A stretch of 63,740 nucleotides of DNA, filler included, from Octopus bimaculoides (taxonomy: Eukaryota): the NCBI RefSeq assembly GCF_001194135.2. It is 5 parts of 5 records of this genome, joined end to end, with 100 filler letters (N's around TTAATTAATTAA, not from the genome) between each part and the next. Parts side by side here need not be neighbours in the genome. Positions count along the whole stretch, not along the records: positions 62,683 to 63,740 come from NC_069008.1; 4 more parts are not named here. One strand, written 5' to 3'. Both the position numbers and the translations under genes were made by a program. This document shows positions 62,583 to 63,740 of the stretch, one piece after another (the stretch's first letter is position 1; each line of letters begins with the position of its first letter). A model generated the notes under the pieces. That model had not been told where the DNA came from. It was given only the letters and a program-made list of their open reading frames with translations, and ran no database searches.

Positions 62583-62880
62583 NNNNNNNNNNNNNNNNNN
62601 NNNNNNNNNNNNNNNNNNNNNNNNNNTTAATTAATTAANNNNNNNNNNNNNNNNNNNNNNNNNNNNNNNNNNNNNNNNNNNNGTGGTGGTGGTAGCAGTT
62701 AGAGGCAAACGGTGCAAAGGGGAGGGGACAGGTGGGTAGAGGAGGCTCAAGAAAAAAGGGGTGGGGCAGTGGAAATAAAAGTTTCAGTGGAGTTTCGAGG
62801 TGCAGGGTTCAACCCTTGATAACAGCTGGTACGTTTAACATGCCTCGACTCAAGTTGCACGCACACACACACACATATAT

Positions 62881-62923
<43 letters not shown>

Positions 62924-63391
62924 TATACACACCAATACACATACGCACACATATATACACACACACCCATATGTACAACAGATATACACAAACACACATA
63001 ATACATAAAAACCAGTTAGTAAAAGGGTCTCCGTCGGTTGCGACGATGATGTTGGATTCCAGTTGTTGGAGTAATTCTACTGGCAAATAATTGAATTATC
63101 ATGGANNNNNNNNNNAAGACTTAAGCCCATCACTTTTATAGTTACACACGTGTACAAAATCGAGGGATTAGGCTCTGACAGAAATTCATAGAATAATATA
63201 CGAGTTAACCTTGGATTGATGAAATTCTGGATTCGTTCAAAAGCTTTTTCTCATCAGTAAAGCGTCCTGGGGGAGATAAAGGAGACGTTTATACATAGCC
63301 ACGTTTATACATAAACCTTAATAGGTTTATTTTATATATACTGGCCACTCATAAAAGTTTTAACGATTTTATCCTTTACTACTACTACTAC

Positions 63392-63445
<54 letters not shown>

Positions 63446-63740
63446 ACACACACACGCACACACATATGAGATGTTATTGCTGGTTGCGGACGCTGGAATC
63501 GGTGTGAACTTGTCGCCCTTTTCAAGTTTCCCATTTCTACTTGACCAACGCATCCGAAACATTATTCTTAATCCGGTTTCATAAGTTGAAACACGAAACT
63601 TAAGTAACAGCGGTGAAAATCCCCTTACAATTCTCTTAGGAATATATATGTGCATAGATATGTCGGTTCTATCAGAAGAATTTTTATTCATTAAGATAGA
63701 AGAAATACACATAATTATATATATATATATATATATATAT

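Noticed and set aside
63470-63645. Minus-strand open frame MFRMRWSSRNGKLEKGDKFTPIPASATSNNIS
   Set aside because: Weak splice signals and no recognisable family; left uncalled.

Overview
Eukaryotic (animal) draft-assembly DNA, not prokaryotic: no CRISPR, rRNA or true tRNA genes were seen. The SINE families and microsatellite load suggest a coleoid cephalopod such as Octopus (inference). One host gene is confidently recognisable: the last five coding exons of SNF8/VPS22/EAP30 (ESCRT-II) on the + strand (46982-50245), with GT-AG sites and consistent phases. Its first exons were not found and may lie in an assembly gap. A second, unidentified gene probably ends on the - strand at 56446. Most of the rest is a transposon graveyard: Tx1/L1-like LINEs (ORF1 with CCHC knuckle, APE, RT), R4/Dong-like RLE LINEs sitting in (TAA)n arrays, three Penelope-like elements, a pogo/Tigger and a hAT transposase relic, mariner and Helitron scraps, several MITEs (two long foldbacks) and many tRNA-derived SINEs. 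The most unusual signal is three minimal type-I hammerhead-ribozyme-like motifs with a palindromic 4-nt helix III. One of them sits inside a tRNA-headed SINE-like element. Most ORF-track entries are microsatellite or N-gap artefacts. Transposon boundaries are approximate.
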